A stretch of 64,000 nucleotides of DNA. Origin: an uncultured Vagococcus sp. GTDB taxonomy: Bacteria; Bacillota; Bacilli; Lactobacillales; Vagococcaceae. A program made the position numbers and the translations under genes. The DNA lies in assembly GCA_965119435.1 (NCBI GenBank), contig CBCPLQ010000014.1, positions 4,747 through 68,746 of the forward strand, in the 5' to 3' direction. The first letter of the stretch is position 1; the number at the start of each line of letters is the position of its first letter. Under the pieces are notes generated by a model. It was not told the origin of the DNA, ran no database searches, and saw only the letters and a program-made list of their open reading frames with translations. This document shows, piece by piece, positions 10,002 through 20,167 of the stretch.

Positions 10002-12266
10002 TTATTTATTTAGAGCAACCATTATTGAATCTTTTATGTGTTGTGTTTTTCCATATACTTCAACGTCAAGAGCTTCACCACTTAATAAAGTAATTGTCAC
10101 ATTTTCGTCGATTAGAATGTGTAGTAAACGACCACGGTAGCTAATATGAAAAGCGTATTTACTCCATTTTTTAGGTAAGAAAGGAGCAAAGCTTAATGTT
10201 TCGTTATAAGTTTTCATTTGAGCGAACCCTTGAACAATGGCTAACCAACTACCTGTCATTGATGTAATGTGTAGTCCGTCCTCGGTATCGTTGTTATAGT
10301 TATCTAAATCTAAACGAGCTGTTCGTTGATACATTTCAATTGCTTTATCCTCCATACCAAGCTCTGCAGCTAAGATAGAGTGGATACATGGAGATAATGA
10401 AGATTCATGAACAGTCATTGGTTCATAGAAGTCAAAGTTTTTACGTTTTTCTTCCATAGTGAATTCGTCATTAAAGAAGTAAATCCCTTGTAAGACATCT
10501 GCTTGTTTGATGAAACAAGAACGTAAGATATGATCCCATGACCAGTTTTGATTTAATGGGACGTCACTTGCAGCTAAATCAGAAACAGGCATTAAGTCTT
10601 TATCTAAGAAGGTATCATGTTGAACGAATACACCTAATTCATCATCTTTAGGGAAATACATATTAGCAATAATATCCTCCCAATGACTGATTTCTTCTGT
10701 TGATAGTTCAACCGATGTTTCAGATTGAAATTTTTTGTAGTTATCTAATGTATATTTCAAGACCCAAACGGCAATATAGTTTGTATACCAGTTATTATTA
10801 ACATTGTTTTCGTATTCGTTAGGACCAGTCACACCATGCATCATATATTTTTGATTGCGTTTAGAATAGTGGATGCGGTCAGCCCAAAAACGAGCAATTT
10901 CAGATAAAACTTCAAGGCCATCACCTTTAATATAAGACGTATCTCCTGTGTAGTTAGTATAGTTGTAAATAGCATAAGCAATCGCACCGTTACGGTGAAT
11001 TTCTTCAAACGTAATTTCCCACTCATTATGACACTCAACACCAGTGAAAGTTACCATAGGGTAAAGAGCCCCTTTTAGGCCTTGTTGGCGAGCGTTATGT
11101 TGTGCTTGTGGTAATTGATTGTGACGGTATTTTAATAAGTTTTCCGTGACACTTGGATCAGCTAACGCTAAGTATAGAGGAACAGCGTATGCTTCTGTAT
11201 CCCAATAAGTTGCACCGCCATATTTTTCACCAGTGAAGCCTTTTGGACCAATATTTAATCGGTCATCTTCTCCGTAATAAGTTGAGAACAATTGAAATAA
11301 GTTAAAACGAATGCCTTGTTGTGCTTCATCATCACCTTCGATAACCACATCAGCAAGTTCCCAACGTTTTTCCCAAGCTTGCGAGTGTGCTGTTTTTAAG
11401 TCTTCAATAGAAGAAGCATTTATCGTTTTCATGATTGTTTTGGCTACTTCTAACTGTGTTTCCTCTTTCATGTCACGACTTGTTGTAATGATAACTTTTT
11501 TATCTAATGCAATAGTATCCCCACAAGAAACATTGAACGTAAAACTTTCTGTTGCAAGAAAACTTGAAGTGTAGGATTCACTTGTGTAAGAACCAATAGC
11601 AGTATTTTCCATCAATGCAGTGATAGTGAACTGTTCAATACCAAAGTTATTTGGTACAGTTTTTGCTGTGACAAAGTTAGTACCAACTGCACATTCTTCC
11701 CAGAACATCTCTTCGTAATTACTATCTTCGTTTTGGACATTATTGTCTAGTTTAGAAACAACTTTGATATTCCCATGACCTTCAAGAACTGTTGCTTTAA
11801 AAGAAATAACACCAAGCTCTTTGGTAGTGATACTTAGAAATCGTTCAAATGAAAAAGCAACTTTCATATTTTCTTCTTCTATAGTAAAGCGGCGTGACAA
11901 GATGCCATGTTCCATATCAAGTTCTTGGTAAAAATCTGTTGCCTGTTGAGTGGCTAAGTCAATTTTAGTGTCATTAATATATAAATCCATTGCGATAAAG
12001 TTAATGGCATTGATAACTTTTCCAAAATATTCTGGGTAACCATTTTTCCACCAACCTACACGAGTTTTGTCAGGATACCAAACACCAGCTATATATGTTC
12101 CTTGATGATGATCACCACTGAAGCCTTCTTCAAAGTTACCTCGCATTCCCATGTAACCATTTCCAGTACTTGTTAATGATTCTTGTAAGCGAACGTCACT
12201 TTGATGTAATTCGTTTGTAGCTATTTTCCATGGATTGATTTCGAATAAACGTTTTAAATGTTTCAC
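10002..12266 (-). CDS. malP: Maltose phosphorylase (GH65)
   Basis: [35 protein letters not shown]; GTG start. Confidence 0.93.
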   Translation of the reverse strand: MKHLKRLFEINPWKIATNELHQSDVRLQESLTSTGNGYMGMRGNFEEGFSGDHHQGTYIAGVWYPDKTRVGWWKNGYPEYFGKVINAINFIAMDLYINDTKIDLATQQATDFYQELDMEHGILSRRFTIEEENMKVAFSFERFLSITTKELGVISFKATVLEGHGNIKVVSKLDNNVQNEDSNYEEMFWEECAVGTNFVTAKTVPNNFGIEQFTITALMENTAIGSYTSESYTSSFLATESFTFNVSCGDTIALDKKVIITTSRDMKEETQLEVAKTIMKTINASSIEDLKTAHSQAWEKRWELADVVIEGDDEAQQGIRFNLFQLFSTYYGEDDRLNIGPKGFTGEKYGGATYWDTEAYAVPLYLALADPSVTENLLKYRHNQLPQAQHNARQQGLKGALYPMVTFTGVECHNEWEITFEEIHRNGAIAYAIYNYTNYTGDTSYIKGDGLEVLSEIARFWADRIHYSKRNQKYMMHGVTGPNEYENNVNNNWYTNYIAVWVLKYTLDNYKKFQSETSVELSTEEISHWEDIIANMYFPKDDELGVFVQHDTFLDKDLMPVSDLAASDVPLNQNWSWDHILRSCFIKQADVLQGIYFFNDEFTMEEKRKNFDFYEPMTVHESSLSPCIHSILAAELGMEDKAIEMYQRTARLDLDNYNNDTEDGLHITSMTGSWLAIVQGFAQMKTYNETLSFAPFLPKKWSKYAFHISYRGRLLHILIDENVTITLLSGEALDVEVYGKTQHIKDSIMVALNK

Positions 12267-12300
12267 AAAAAGTATCCCCCTTGATTAATTTTATAAATCA

Positions 12301-12329
12301 ATCATAAACGCAAACGTTTGCGAAATCAA
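12301..12329 (-). promoter_or_regulatory. SigA promoter of malP with the MalR operator in its spacer
   Basis: Minus strand TTGATT-17-TATGAT; the spacer contains CGCAAACGTTTGCG. Confidence 0.7.
12309..12322. promoter_or_regulatory. MalR (LacI-family) operator
   Basis: Perfect 14-bp palindrome CGCAAACGTTTGCG matching the Firmicute MalR/MdxR operator. Confidence 0.85.
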
Positions 12330-12395
12330 TAGAATAGTTTAGACATTTTTATTTTGCTACCGGTAACATCTTTAATACATTATACTTAATACATC

Positions 12396-12445
12396 TTTAC
12401 AAATATAAATAGAAAAGTTATAATTTAATTACGAAACCGATTGCG
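12396..12445 (+). promoter_or_regulatory. SigA promoter of malT plus second MalR operator
   Basis: TTTACA(12396)-17-TATAAT(12419); degenerate operator CGAAACCGATTGCG at 12432-12445. Confidence 0.75.
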
Positions 12446-12479
12446 TTAAACGCTAAAGGAAAAGGAAAAGGTGGAAGAG

Positions 12480-14660
12480 ATGAAAAAATTATTAAGTTTT
12501 GAGTTTTGGCAAAAATTTGGTAAAGCTCTAATGGTTGTTATTGCTGTTATGCCTGCTGCTGGATTAATGATTAGTATAGGTAAGACAATACCACTAATGA
12601 ATCCAAACATGGGAATGTTGGTAACAACAGGTGGTGTGATAGAAAATATTGGTTGGGCAATTATTAGTAACCTTCATTTATTATTTGCATTAGCAATTGG
12701 TGGTAGTTGGGCAAAAGAAAAAGCCGGAGGAGCATTTGCTGCTGGGATTGCTTTTGTACTGATTAACCGTATCACAGGAGCCATTTTTGGTGTAACTGGA
12801 GATATGTTAAATGATCCGGAGAGCTTTACTCATACTTTATTCGGTACTAAAATTATGGTTAAAGGATTCTTTACAAGTGTGTTAGAAGCACCGGCTCTTA
12901 ATATGGGAGTGTTTGTTGGTATCATTGCTGGTTTTGTTGGAGCGATGGCTTTTAACAAATACTACAATTACCGAAAATTACCAGAAGCCTTATCGTTTTT
13001 TAATGGTAAACGATTTGTTCCTTTTGTTGTTATTTTCTGGTCATTAATTGTTTCGTTAATCCTTGCAATTGTTTGGCCATTTATTCAATCAGGAATTAAT
13101 AACTTTGGTTTGTGGATTGCCACTTCACAAGATACTGCACCAATCTTAGCGCCATTTTTATATGGAACATTAGAGCGTCTGTTATTACCGTTTGGCTTAC
13201 ACCATATGTTAACCATTCCTATTAACTATACGCAACTTGGTGGAACCTATGAGATTCTTTCTGGTGCTCAAGCTGGTACGATGGTTTATGGACAAGATCC
13301 ATTATGGTTAGCGTGGGCAACTGACTTAGTTAATTTAAAGGGTGCTGGGAATATGGATCAATACAATATGGTATTATCTAACTGGACACCTGCTCGTTTT
13401 AAAGTAGGTCAAATGATTGGCTCAACGGGTACTTTAATGGGACTGGCTTATGCCATGTACCGCAATGTTGATTTTGATAAAAAACATCAATATAAATCAA
13501 TGTATTTCTCTGCTGCCCTAGCAGTATTTTTAACAGGGGTAACAGAACCTTTAGAGTTTATGTTTATGTTTGTTGCGATGCCACTTTACGGTGTGTATGC
13601 GGTCATTCAAGGATTAGCCTTTGCAATGGCAGATATTATTAACTTGCGTGTTCATTCATTTGGTAGTATTGAATTACTAACAAGGTTACCAATAACGATT
13701 AAAGCTGGACTAGGTATGGATATGGTTAACTTTGTTATTTGTACTATTGTGTTTGCAGTAGGAACTTATTTCATTGCTAATTTCTTAATTAAGAAATTTA
13801 ACTACGCAACACCAGGTAGAAATGGTAATTACGAAGTAGATGGTTCTCAAGAAGAGTCATCAACTTCAGCTGAAGCAAACGCATCTGGTATGGATCAACA
13901 AGTGATTGATATTATCAACCTACTAGGTGGTAAACAAAATATTTCTGATGTAGATGCGTGTATGACGCGTTTAAGAGTCTCGGTTAAAAATAGAGATGAA
14001 GTTGGTTCTGAAGAAGCTTGGAAGAAAGCTGGAGCCATGGGACTAATCATTAAAGATAACGGAGTTCAAGCCGTATATGGACCAAAAGCAGATATATTAA
14101 AATCTGACATTCAAGATGCATTGGATTCAGGTGTTGAGATTCCAAAGAGTCATGTGGAAGAAGCAAGTGCGGTAAAAACAGAAACAACTAGTCATTTTTT
14201 TAATAAACAGGTAGATGTCTTGTCAGTCGCTCAAGGTGAAGTCATTAAGATTGAGCAAGTTAAAGATGAAGTCTTTTCTCAAAAAATGATGGGAGATGGT
14301 TTTGCGGTTGACCCAACTGGTAGTGAAGTTGTTTCTCCAATCTCAGGTACAGTAGTGACTGTTTTTCCTTCAAAACACGCTATTGGCTTAATGAGTGATG
14401 ACGGGATTGAGATTTTAGTACATATGGGACTTGATACAGTTCAAATGAAAGAAATAGCCTTTGATGTGGTGGTTAAAGAAGGAGATAAAGTTGCAGCAGG
14501 TCAACTTTTAGCGAATGCTAATTGGGAAGCTGTTAGGTCAGAGGGTAAGGGAACAACAATAGTTGTAATCTTTACGAATGGTGATAAGATAGAATCTCTA
14601 GAGATGACACAATTAGGCATGCAGGATAAAGCAATAAAGATAGGTCAATTAAAGATTTAA
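12480..14660 (+). CDS. malT: PTS maltose-specific EIICBA
   Basis: Starts MKKLLSFEFWQKFGKAL; IIB motif DACMTRLR; IIA motif HMGLDTV; maltose locus context. Confidence 0.9.
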   Translation: MKKLLSFEFWQKFGKALMVVIAVMPAAGLMISIGKTIPLMNPNMGMLVTTGGVIENIGWAIISNLHLLFALAIGGSWAKEKAGGAFAAGIAFVLINRITGAIFGVTGDMLNDPESFTHTLFGTKIMVKGFFTSVLEAPALNMGVFVGIIAGFVGAMAFNKYYNYRKLPEALSFFNGKRFVPFVVIFWSLIVSLILAIVWPFIQSGINNFGLWIATSQDTAPILAPFLYGTLERLLLPFGLHHMLTIPINYTQLGGTYEILSGAQAGTMVYGQDPLWLAWATDLVNLKGAGNMDQYNMVLSNWTPARFKVGQMIGSTGTLMGLAYAMYRNVDFDKKHQYKSMYFSAALAVFLTGVTEPLEFMFMFVAMPLYGVYAVIQGLAFAMADIINLRVHSFGSIELLTRLPITIKAGLGMDMVNFVICTIVFAVGTYFIANFLIKKFNYATPGRNGNYEVDGSQEESSTSAEANASGMDQQVIDIINLLGGKQNISDVDACMTRLRVSVKNRDEVGSEEAWKKAGAMGLIIKDNGVQAVYGPKADILKSDIQDALDSGVEIPKSHVEEASAVKTETTSHFFNKQVDVLSVAQGEVIKIEQVKDEVFSQKMMGDGFAVDPTGSEVVSPISGTVVTVFPSKHAIGLMSDDGIEILVHMGLDTVQMKEIAFDVVVKEGDKVAAGQLLANANWEAVRSEGKGTTIVVIFTNGDKIESLEMTQLGMQDKAIKIGQLKI

Positions 14661-14662
14661 AG

Positions 14663-14701
14663 AAAAAAAGAGGCTTGGCTATTAGAGCCGGCCTCTTTTT
14701 T
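14663..14701 (+). terminator. Intercistronic hairpin (repeat family member)
   Basis: aaaagaggcttggct-atta-gagccggcctcttttt. Confidence 0.65.
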
Positions 14702-14720
14702 ATAGAATGGAGATAAGAAA

Positions 14721-15545
14721 ATGAAGTTTATATCTTTAAATACGCATAGTTGGATAGAGAAGGAACCACTTGAAAAGCTAAAAGAAATAGGTGATTTTAT
14801 CATCAAGCATGACGTTGAAATGATCGCTCTTCAAGAAGTAAACCAAAAAATAATAGCGGGTATTAGTGAAACAGACGATATGTTTTGCCCGTTAATTAAA
14901 GCTTCAGCTCCAATTAGAGATGACAACTATGCGAGATTACTTGTGGCGTACCTAAAAGAGCAAGGTGAAACTTATTATTGGGGATGGACATGTAGCCATA
15001 TTGGATATGATATTTATGAAGAAGGGTCAGCTATTTTATCTAAATATCCTTTTGAAGCTAAGAGTTTACTCGTTTCGCCGACACAGGAAATGACGGATTA
15101 TCATACAAGACAAATATTATTTGCTCATTTTAAAGAGTTTGATATACCTTTAACGTTTGCAAGTTGTCACTTTTCTTGGTGGTCAGAAAATGAATTAGAA
15201 GGTTTTCAATACGAATGGCAAAAAATGTTAGATGAAATTCAGTTAATTGATAATCAAGTGTTACTTTTTGGGGATTTCAATGCCCCATCTCATATCAAAA
15301 ACGAAGGCTATGAACTCGTGATGGAGACATTCGTAGATAGTTTTGATTTAGCAAAAGAAAAAAAAGGCTCTTTTACAGTTGATCAAATTATTGATGGTTG
15401 GAGTGAGAACACTGAAAAATTAAGAATTGATTTTGGATTTGTTTTAAAACCAGTGGATGTGTTATCATATCAAGTGATTTTCAATGATGTAATAGGTCCC
15501 GTCGTTAGTGACCATTTTGGTATTATGATTGAGACAGCATTGTAG
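14721..15545 (+). CDS. mapP: Maltose 6'-phosphate phosphatase (EEP family)
   Basis: LNTHSW, ALQEV, GDFN, RIDF, VSDHFG; directly after malT as in enterococci. Confidence 0.85.
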   Translation: MKFISLNTHSWIEKEPLEKLKEIGDFIIKHDVEMIALQEVNQKIIAGISETDDMFCPLIKASAPIRDDNYARLLVAYLKEQGETYYWGWTCSHIGYDIYEEGSAILSKYPFEAKSLLVSPTQEMTDYHTRQILFAHFKEFDIPLTFASCHFSWWSENELEGFQYEWQKMLDEIQLIDNQVLLFGDFNAPSHIKNEGYELVMETFVDSFDLAKEKKGSFTVDQIIDGWSENTEKLRIDFGFVLKPVDVLSYQVIFNDVIGPVVSDHFGIMIETAL

Positions 15546-15559
15546 AATGGGGGAATAAA

Positions 15560-16573
15560 ATGAGCGTGACTATCAAAGATGTAGCTAAAGAAGTTGGGGT
15601 AGCTCCGTCAACTGTTTCTAGGACGTTGAAAGATCATCCTAGTATTTCAAGTGAAACGAAAGAAAAAGTTCGCAAAGCAATGGTGAAGCTTGGCTATGTA
15701 CCTAATGTTTCAGCTCAAAATTTAGCGAATAAGTATGTGAATACGATTGGTGCTATTTTGCCGGTGATTGGTTCAAAAGAGAGGAAGAGTAATCCTTTTT
15801 ATTTAGAAATTATCACAGCAATGAATGAAGAAGCTAGTCAACAAAAAGTTACATTATCTATAGCTTCTGGAAAAACTCAGCAAGAGCTATTAGAAAATGT
15901 TCAATTGATGTATCGTCAAAAAAGAGTGGATGGGTTTATTATGTTATATGTAGAAGAGGATGATATTGTTTTAGATTATCTACTAGAAAATAATGTTCCC
16001 TTTACAATGATAGGACAACCCTATAAGTTTCATAATGAGGCCAGCTGTGTGGATAATGACAATCAGCTCTTAGGCTTTACTGCTACACAGCATTTGGTTG
16101 ATAAAGGACATGAAAAAATTGTTTTTGTAACAAATAATCAACAAGAAAACTTTTTTCGTGAGCGATATTATGGTTATCAAAAAGCAATGACAGAGAATAA
16201 GTTATCTTCCCTTCCTGTGATGCCTCTTATTCAGCCAGGTGATTTTATAAAGTTTGACGAAATTTTAAAAGAAAAAGAAATTTCTGCCTGTATAGCTATT
16301 GATGATATGTTTGCTTTGAGACTGATACAGATGATAAATTTATCTGGCTTTAGAGTACCTGATGATATTTCAGTTATTAGTTTTAATAACTCTATTTTTA
16401 CTAGCTTATTGCATCCATACATCACATCAATTGATGTTAATACGGCACAACTTGGTAAAGTTGCTGTTCAAGAATTTTTATCTCAACTAAAGAATCCAGA
16501 GGAGATTAAAAAGCGAGTGATTATTCCTCATAAATTGATCGAAAATGAAACTGTATTAAACATCATCCAATAA
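15560..16573 (+). CDS. malR: LacI-family maltose repressor
   Basis: TIKDVAKEVGVAPSTVSR HTH; operators present in the nearby divergent promoter. Confidence 0.85.
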   Translation: MSVTIKDVAKEVGVAPSTVSRTLKDHPSISSETKEKVRKAMVKLGYVPNVSAQNLANKYVNTIGAILPVIGSKERKSNPFYLEIITAMNEEASQQKVTLSIASGKTQQELLENVQLMYRQKRVDGFIMLYVEEDDIVLDYLLENNVPFTMIGQPYKFHNEASCVDNDNQLLGFTATQHLVDKGHEKIVFVTNNQQENFFRERYYGYQKAMTENKLSSLPVMPLIQPGDFIKFDEILKEKEISACIAIDDMFALRLIQMINLSGFRVPDDISVISFNNSIFTSLLHPYITSIDVNTAQLGKVAVQEFLSQLKNPEEIKKRVIIPHKLIENETVLNIIQ

Positions 16574-16582
16574 ATTAAAAAA

Positions 16583-16647
16583 ATAAGTTAGTTATTAATT
16601 GTCTCTAAAGAATTATAAAGACAATAATTAATTAACTTATCTTTTTT
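16583..16647 (+). terminator. Intrinsic terminator
   Basis: ataagttagttattaattgtct / agacaataattaattaacttat followed by ctttttt. Confidence 0.7.
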
Positions 16648-16803
16648 GTGATGAGTGTGTTCTTGTTTACTTATATCAATATTAGAGACTATGAGTAAAC
16701 TACTTTTTTGTTATGTTATTCAGATAATATTAAAATAATTAACGAATTGGCTTAAAGTATTATATAATATAGGTTACAGATAAAATAAAAAGGAGATTGA
16801 GCA

Positions 16804-17343
16804 ATGAATTATCAAGTTATCATAGATTTTTGGTTTAACGAAATAACTGCTGAACAACGTTTCAAAAAAGATGAAACGTTTGATAATATGCTTCGTAACC
16901 GATTTGGAAAGTTACATGAGTCTGTTTCAAATGGAGAAATGTTTACTTGGAGAGATACTATTCATGGAAGGTTAGCAGAAATTATTGTCTTGGATCAGTT
17001 TTCAAGAAACTTATTTCGTGGGTCGCCTGATTCTTTCAAATATGATGGAGTTGGACTAGTATTAGCACAAGAAGCTATTCGAACGGGGGAAGTCGATCAG
17101 TTAACAAAAGATGAAAAAGCTTTTTTGTTTATGCCCTTTATGCATTCTGAATCTCTAAAGATTCATGAAATGGCGGTTACGTTATTTTCAGAAGTTGGGA
17201 TGGAGACCTACTTAGATTTTGAATACCGTCATTTAGATATTATTAAACGATTTGGTAGATATCCACACCGAAACGATCTATTAAAAAGAATATCAACCAG
17301 TGAAGAAATATCATTTTTAAAAGAACCAAATTCTTCTTTTTAA
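16804..17343 (+). CDS. DUF924-family protein
   Basis: IIDFWF, IIVLDQFSRN, YMPF-like FMPFMHSE, RFGRYPHRN. Confidence 0.85.
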   Translation: MNYQVIIDFWFNEITAEQRFKKDETFDNMLRNRFGKLHESVSNGEMFTWRDTIHGRLAEIIVLDQFSRNLFRGSPDSFKYDGVGLVLAQEAIRTGEVDQLTKDEKAFLFMPFMHSESLKIHEMAVTLFSEVGMETYLDFEYRHLDIIKRFGRYPHRNDLLKRISTSEEISFLKEPNSSF

Positions 17344-17376
17344 AAAGAGAGACAAGATTAAAGTTAGGAGTTTGTT

Positions 17377-19182
17377 ATGAGTTATTTTAAAAGAAATTTT
17401 ATCAAAACGTGGCAATTTATAAGAGGAACAAAATCATATTTTAGAGATGTACTACTAATGCATGGTTTCTTATTATTTTTTTTAACACCATTTCTAGGTA
17501 GTATGACGCGCTTTATATTAAGACAAGGCAATCTATCTTATATTTCATATGATAATTTAGGGGTCATTATGTCACAGCACCCCATTGTATTTCTAAGTTT
17601 AATTGGTATGTTGCTCCTTTTAGTTACTTCTGTATTTTTTGAATTTACTTTTTTACTTTTGAGTATATATTTTATACAGATAAGGCAACCAATTTCTTTG
17701 AAACAACTACTAAAAGGAACTCTGTTACAATTAAAAAAAATTAAGTTTAGTACGTTATTATTTTTCTTATTTTATTTCTTTTTAGTATTACCAGTAACCG
17801 GAATGAAATTTCATTCAGAGCTACTTTCAAAATTTGAAATACCAATGTTTATTATGGATTTTATATTTGAGAACCGAGTTATATTCATTGTATTATTTAT
17901 TGCGGTTTATCTTGTATTGATTTACTTAGCTATTCGTTTCATATTTGCTTTACCAGAAATGATTTTAAAAGAACAAACATTTAAAAAATCAGTGAAATTC
18001 AGTTGGAATGAAACAAAAGGTAATTTTTTTAAAATTTTAAGCCAGATTATTATTATCACACTAACTTTAGCTGGTATGACTGGGATATCATATGGACTTA
18101 TTATTATGGTACAAACCTTTATAGAGAAGGTCTTACCTCAATATAGTTTCGGGTCAGCACTTGTATTAATGACGGTTCTTCAAGTTGCCTGGATATTAAG
18201 TATTATTTTCTCAACAGTTGGAATTTTCTTTATTACAATTGATTACATGGATAGTGGCAATTTTTTACCAGAAAAACCCGTCTGGTTTGTACAAGAAGTG
18301 AAAAAAGAACAAAAAAATTGGATAAAATATACAAAAACGAGCGGTATTTTTATGCTTGTTTTAGTCGGTATGATTTTTGTCGGAACTAATAATTATGCCT
18401 TTTTGAAACATCCAACTACCAAAAGACCAATAACAGTTTCTCACCGTGGCGTTGACAATGGAAATGGTGTGCAAAATTCTATTGCAGCTTTAATAAAAAC
18501 AAGTCAGGATACCCATCCAGATTATGTGGAGATGGACATTCAAGAAACAAAGGATCATCAGTTTGTTGTGTACCATGACTTTAACTTGAAAAGTTTAACA
18601 GGAGTAAATAAAAAACCAAATCAACTTCAACTAAATGACCTAACAAGTATTACTGCTCATGAAAATAAGAAAGAAGAATTGATAGCCTCTTTTGACAATT
18701 ATATTGAGACGGCTAATAAAATCAATCAAAGGTTAATGATTGAAATTAAGCCTACTAAAGATGATAGTCCTGAGATGATTGACCATTTCTTAGAAAAATA
18801 TGGAAAAAATATTTTAAAGAATGGACATGTGATTCAATCATTATCTTTTGATATTGTTGAAGAAATAAAAAAGAAGGAACCAAAAATTGTAGTGGGGTAT
18901 ATCATGCCTTTTAGTATAGTGGGTCCTCCAGATGGAGAAATGGATTTTATAACGATGGAGTATACAACTTTGAACTCATCTTTTATAAGTAATGCTAATG
19001 CTAAAGGTAAAGAGGTTTATGCTTGGACGCCAAATGATGAAGAAACAATTACTCGGATGATGTTTTATGGGGTAAACGGTATTATTACTGATCAGATGGA
19101 TATGCTAAATAAAACAATGGTGGATGAAGCACAAATCACTTATTCTGATAAATTACTATATTTTGTCATTGGTATGGGATAA
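17377..19182 (+). CDS. Membrane-anchored glycerophosphodiester phosphodiesterase
   Basis: N-terminal multi-TM domain plus GDPD domain (SHRG, EMDIQETKD, VYHD, IEIK, AWTPN). Confidence 0.88.
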   Translation: MSYFKRNFIKTWQFIRGTKSYFRDVLLMHGFLLFFLTPFLGSMTRFILRQGNLSYISYDNLGVIMSQHPIVFLSLIGMLLLLVTSVFFEFTFLLLSIYFIQIRQPISLKQLLKGTLLQLKKIKFSTLLFFLFYFFLVLPVTGMKFHSELLSKFEIPMFIMDFIFENRVIFIVLFIAVYLVLIYLAIRFIFALPEMILKEQTFKKSVKFSWNETKGNFFKILSQIIIITLTLAGMTGISYGLIIMVQTFIEKVLPQYSFGSALVLMTVLQVAWILSIIFSTVGIFFITIDYMDSGNFLPEKPVWFVQEVKKEQKNWIKYTKTSGIFMLVLVGMIFVGTNNYAFLKHPTTKRPITVSHRGVDNGNGVQNSIAALIKTSQDTHPDYVEMDIQETKDHQFVVYHDFNLKSLTGVNKKPNQLQLNDLTSITAHENKKEELIASFDNYIETANKINQRLMIEIKPTKDDSPEMIDHFLEKYGKNILKNGHVIQSLSFDIVEEIKKKEPKIVVGYIMPFSIVGPPDGEMDFITMEYTTLNSSFISNANAKGKEVYAWTPNDEETITRMMFYGVNGIITDQMDMLNKTMVDEAQITYSDKLLYFVIGMG

Positions 19183-19196
19183 GTTAAAAGAATGAT

Positions 19197-19232
19197 AAGA
19201 GGTTATCTTGAGAGTAGATAGCCTCTTTTTTT
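19197..19232 (+). terminator. Intrinsic terminator (repeat family member)
   Basis: aagaggttatct-tgagagt-agatagcctctt followed by T-tract. Confidence 0.75.
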
Positions 19233-19246
19233 ATTTTCAGAAAGTT
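19232..19246. promoter_or_regulatory. Candidate CodY box upstream of the FNT gene
   Basis: TATTTTCAGAAAGTT, 2 mismatches to AATTTTCWGAAAATT; promoter TTTACA(19268)-17-TAAACT follows. Confidence 0.45.
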
Positions 19247-19338
19247 TATAAGGTTTCTGAAAAGCACTTTACAAATAAGGGTTTAATGTATAAACTTAAT
19301 TCAGATGATCAGAAAAAAAGGATTAGAGGAGTAAAAAA

Positions 19339-20136
19339 ATGAAAACTTATTCACCAATGTTTGAACAGATTGATAACTCAATTAAAAAAAAGGTCGATTT
19401 AATCGATAACCACTTTGCTCGTTATGCAGTAAGAGCAATGCTTGCTTGCCTATTTCTAACGCTAGGAACCGCAGTTGCTTTTTGGATCGCTATTCAAGGA
19501 GAAAGTATTGTTCATGGTTTAGGGAAGATGTTGTATGCATTTATGTTTAGTTGGTCATTAGTAATGATTCTTTATATGAATGCTGAACTCGGTACTTCCA
19601 ATATGCTTTATGTAACCGTAGGTGTTTACCGAAAAAAACTGAACGTATCAAAAGCGTTAAAAATTTTATTTACGTGTGTATTCTTTAACTTGATTGCCGG
19701 TATTATTTTTGCTTATTTTATTTCTTTAACTGGACCTTTCTTAAATATGGAAGCTAATAATTATATGTTTGAAGCAATTGCAGCTAAACTAGATAAATCA
19801 ACTCTTCAAATTGTAGTTGAGGGAGCATTTGCTAATATTGTTGTTAATACTGCCGTATTGGTCAGTTTGAGAATGAAGGATGACGGTGGTAAAGTACCAG
19901 CTATTATTTTTATTATCTTTATCTTTGCATTTTTAGGTTATGAGCATGTTATCGCAAATTTCCCAGCTTTCTCTTTAGCATTTTTTGCTTCAGGTGGAAC
20001 TATTGCCAATATGACAGCTGGTGCCGTGATTCATAATCTGGTTTTTGCCTTTATTGGTAATTATATTGGTGGAGGCTTAGTTATTGGCCTTGTCTACGCT
20101 TGGTTAGACAAACCCAACACACCATATTTAGATTAA
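19339..20136 (+). CDS. Formate/nitrite transporter family channel
   Basis: AELGTSN, N-x-x-G segments, GYEHVIAN, GNYIGG. Confidence 0.9.
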   Translation: MKTYSPMFEQIDNSIKKKVDLIDNHFARYAVRAMLACLFLTLGTAVAFWIAIQGESIVHGLGKMLYAFMFSWSLVMILYMNAELGTSNMLYVTVGVYRKKLNVSKALKILFTCVFFNLIAGIIFAYFISLTGPFLNMEANNYMFEAIAAKLDKSTLQIVVEGAFANIVVNTAVLVSLRMKDDGGKVPAIIFIIFIFAFLGYEHVIANFPAFSLAFFASGGTIANMTAGAVIHNLVFAFIGNYIGGGLVIGLVYAWLDKPNTPYLD

Positions 20137-20167
20137 TTAAAAAACTGATAATGAATGGAGTGATTTT

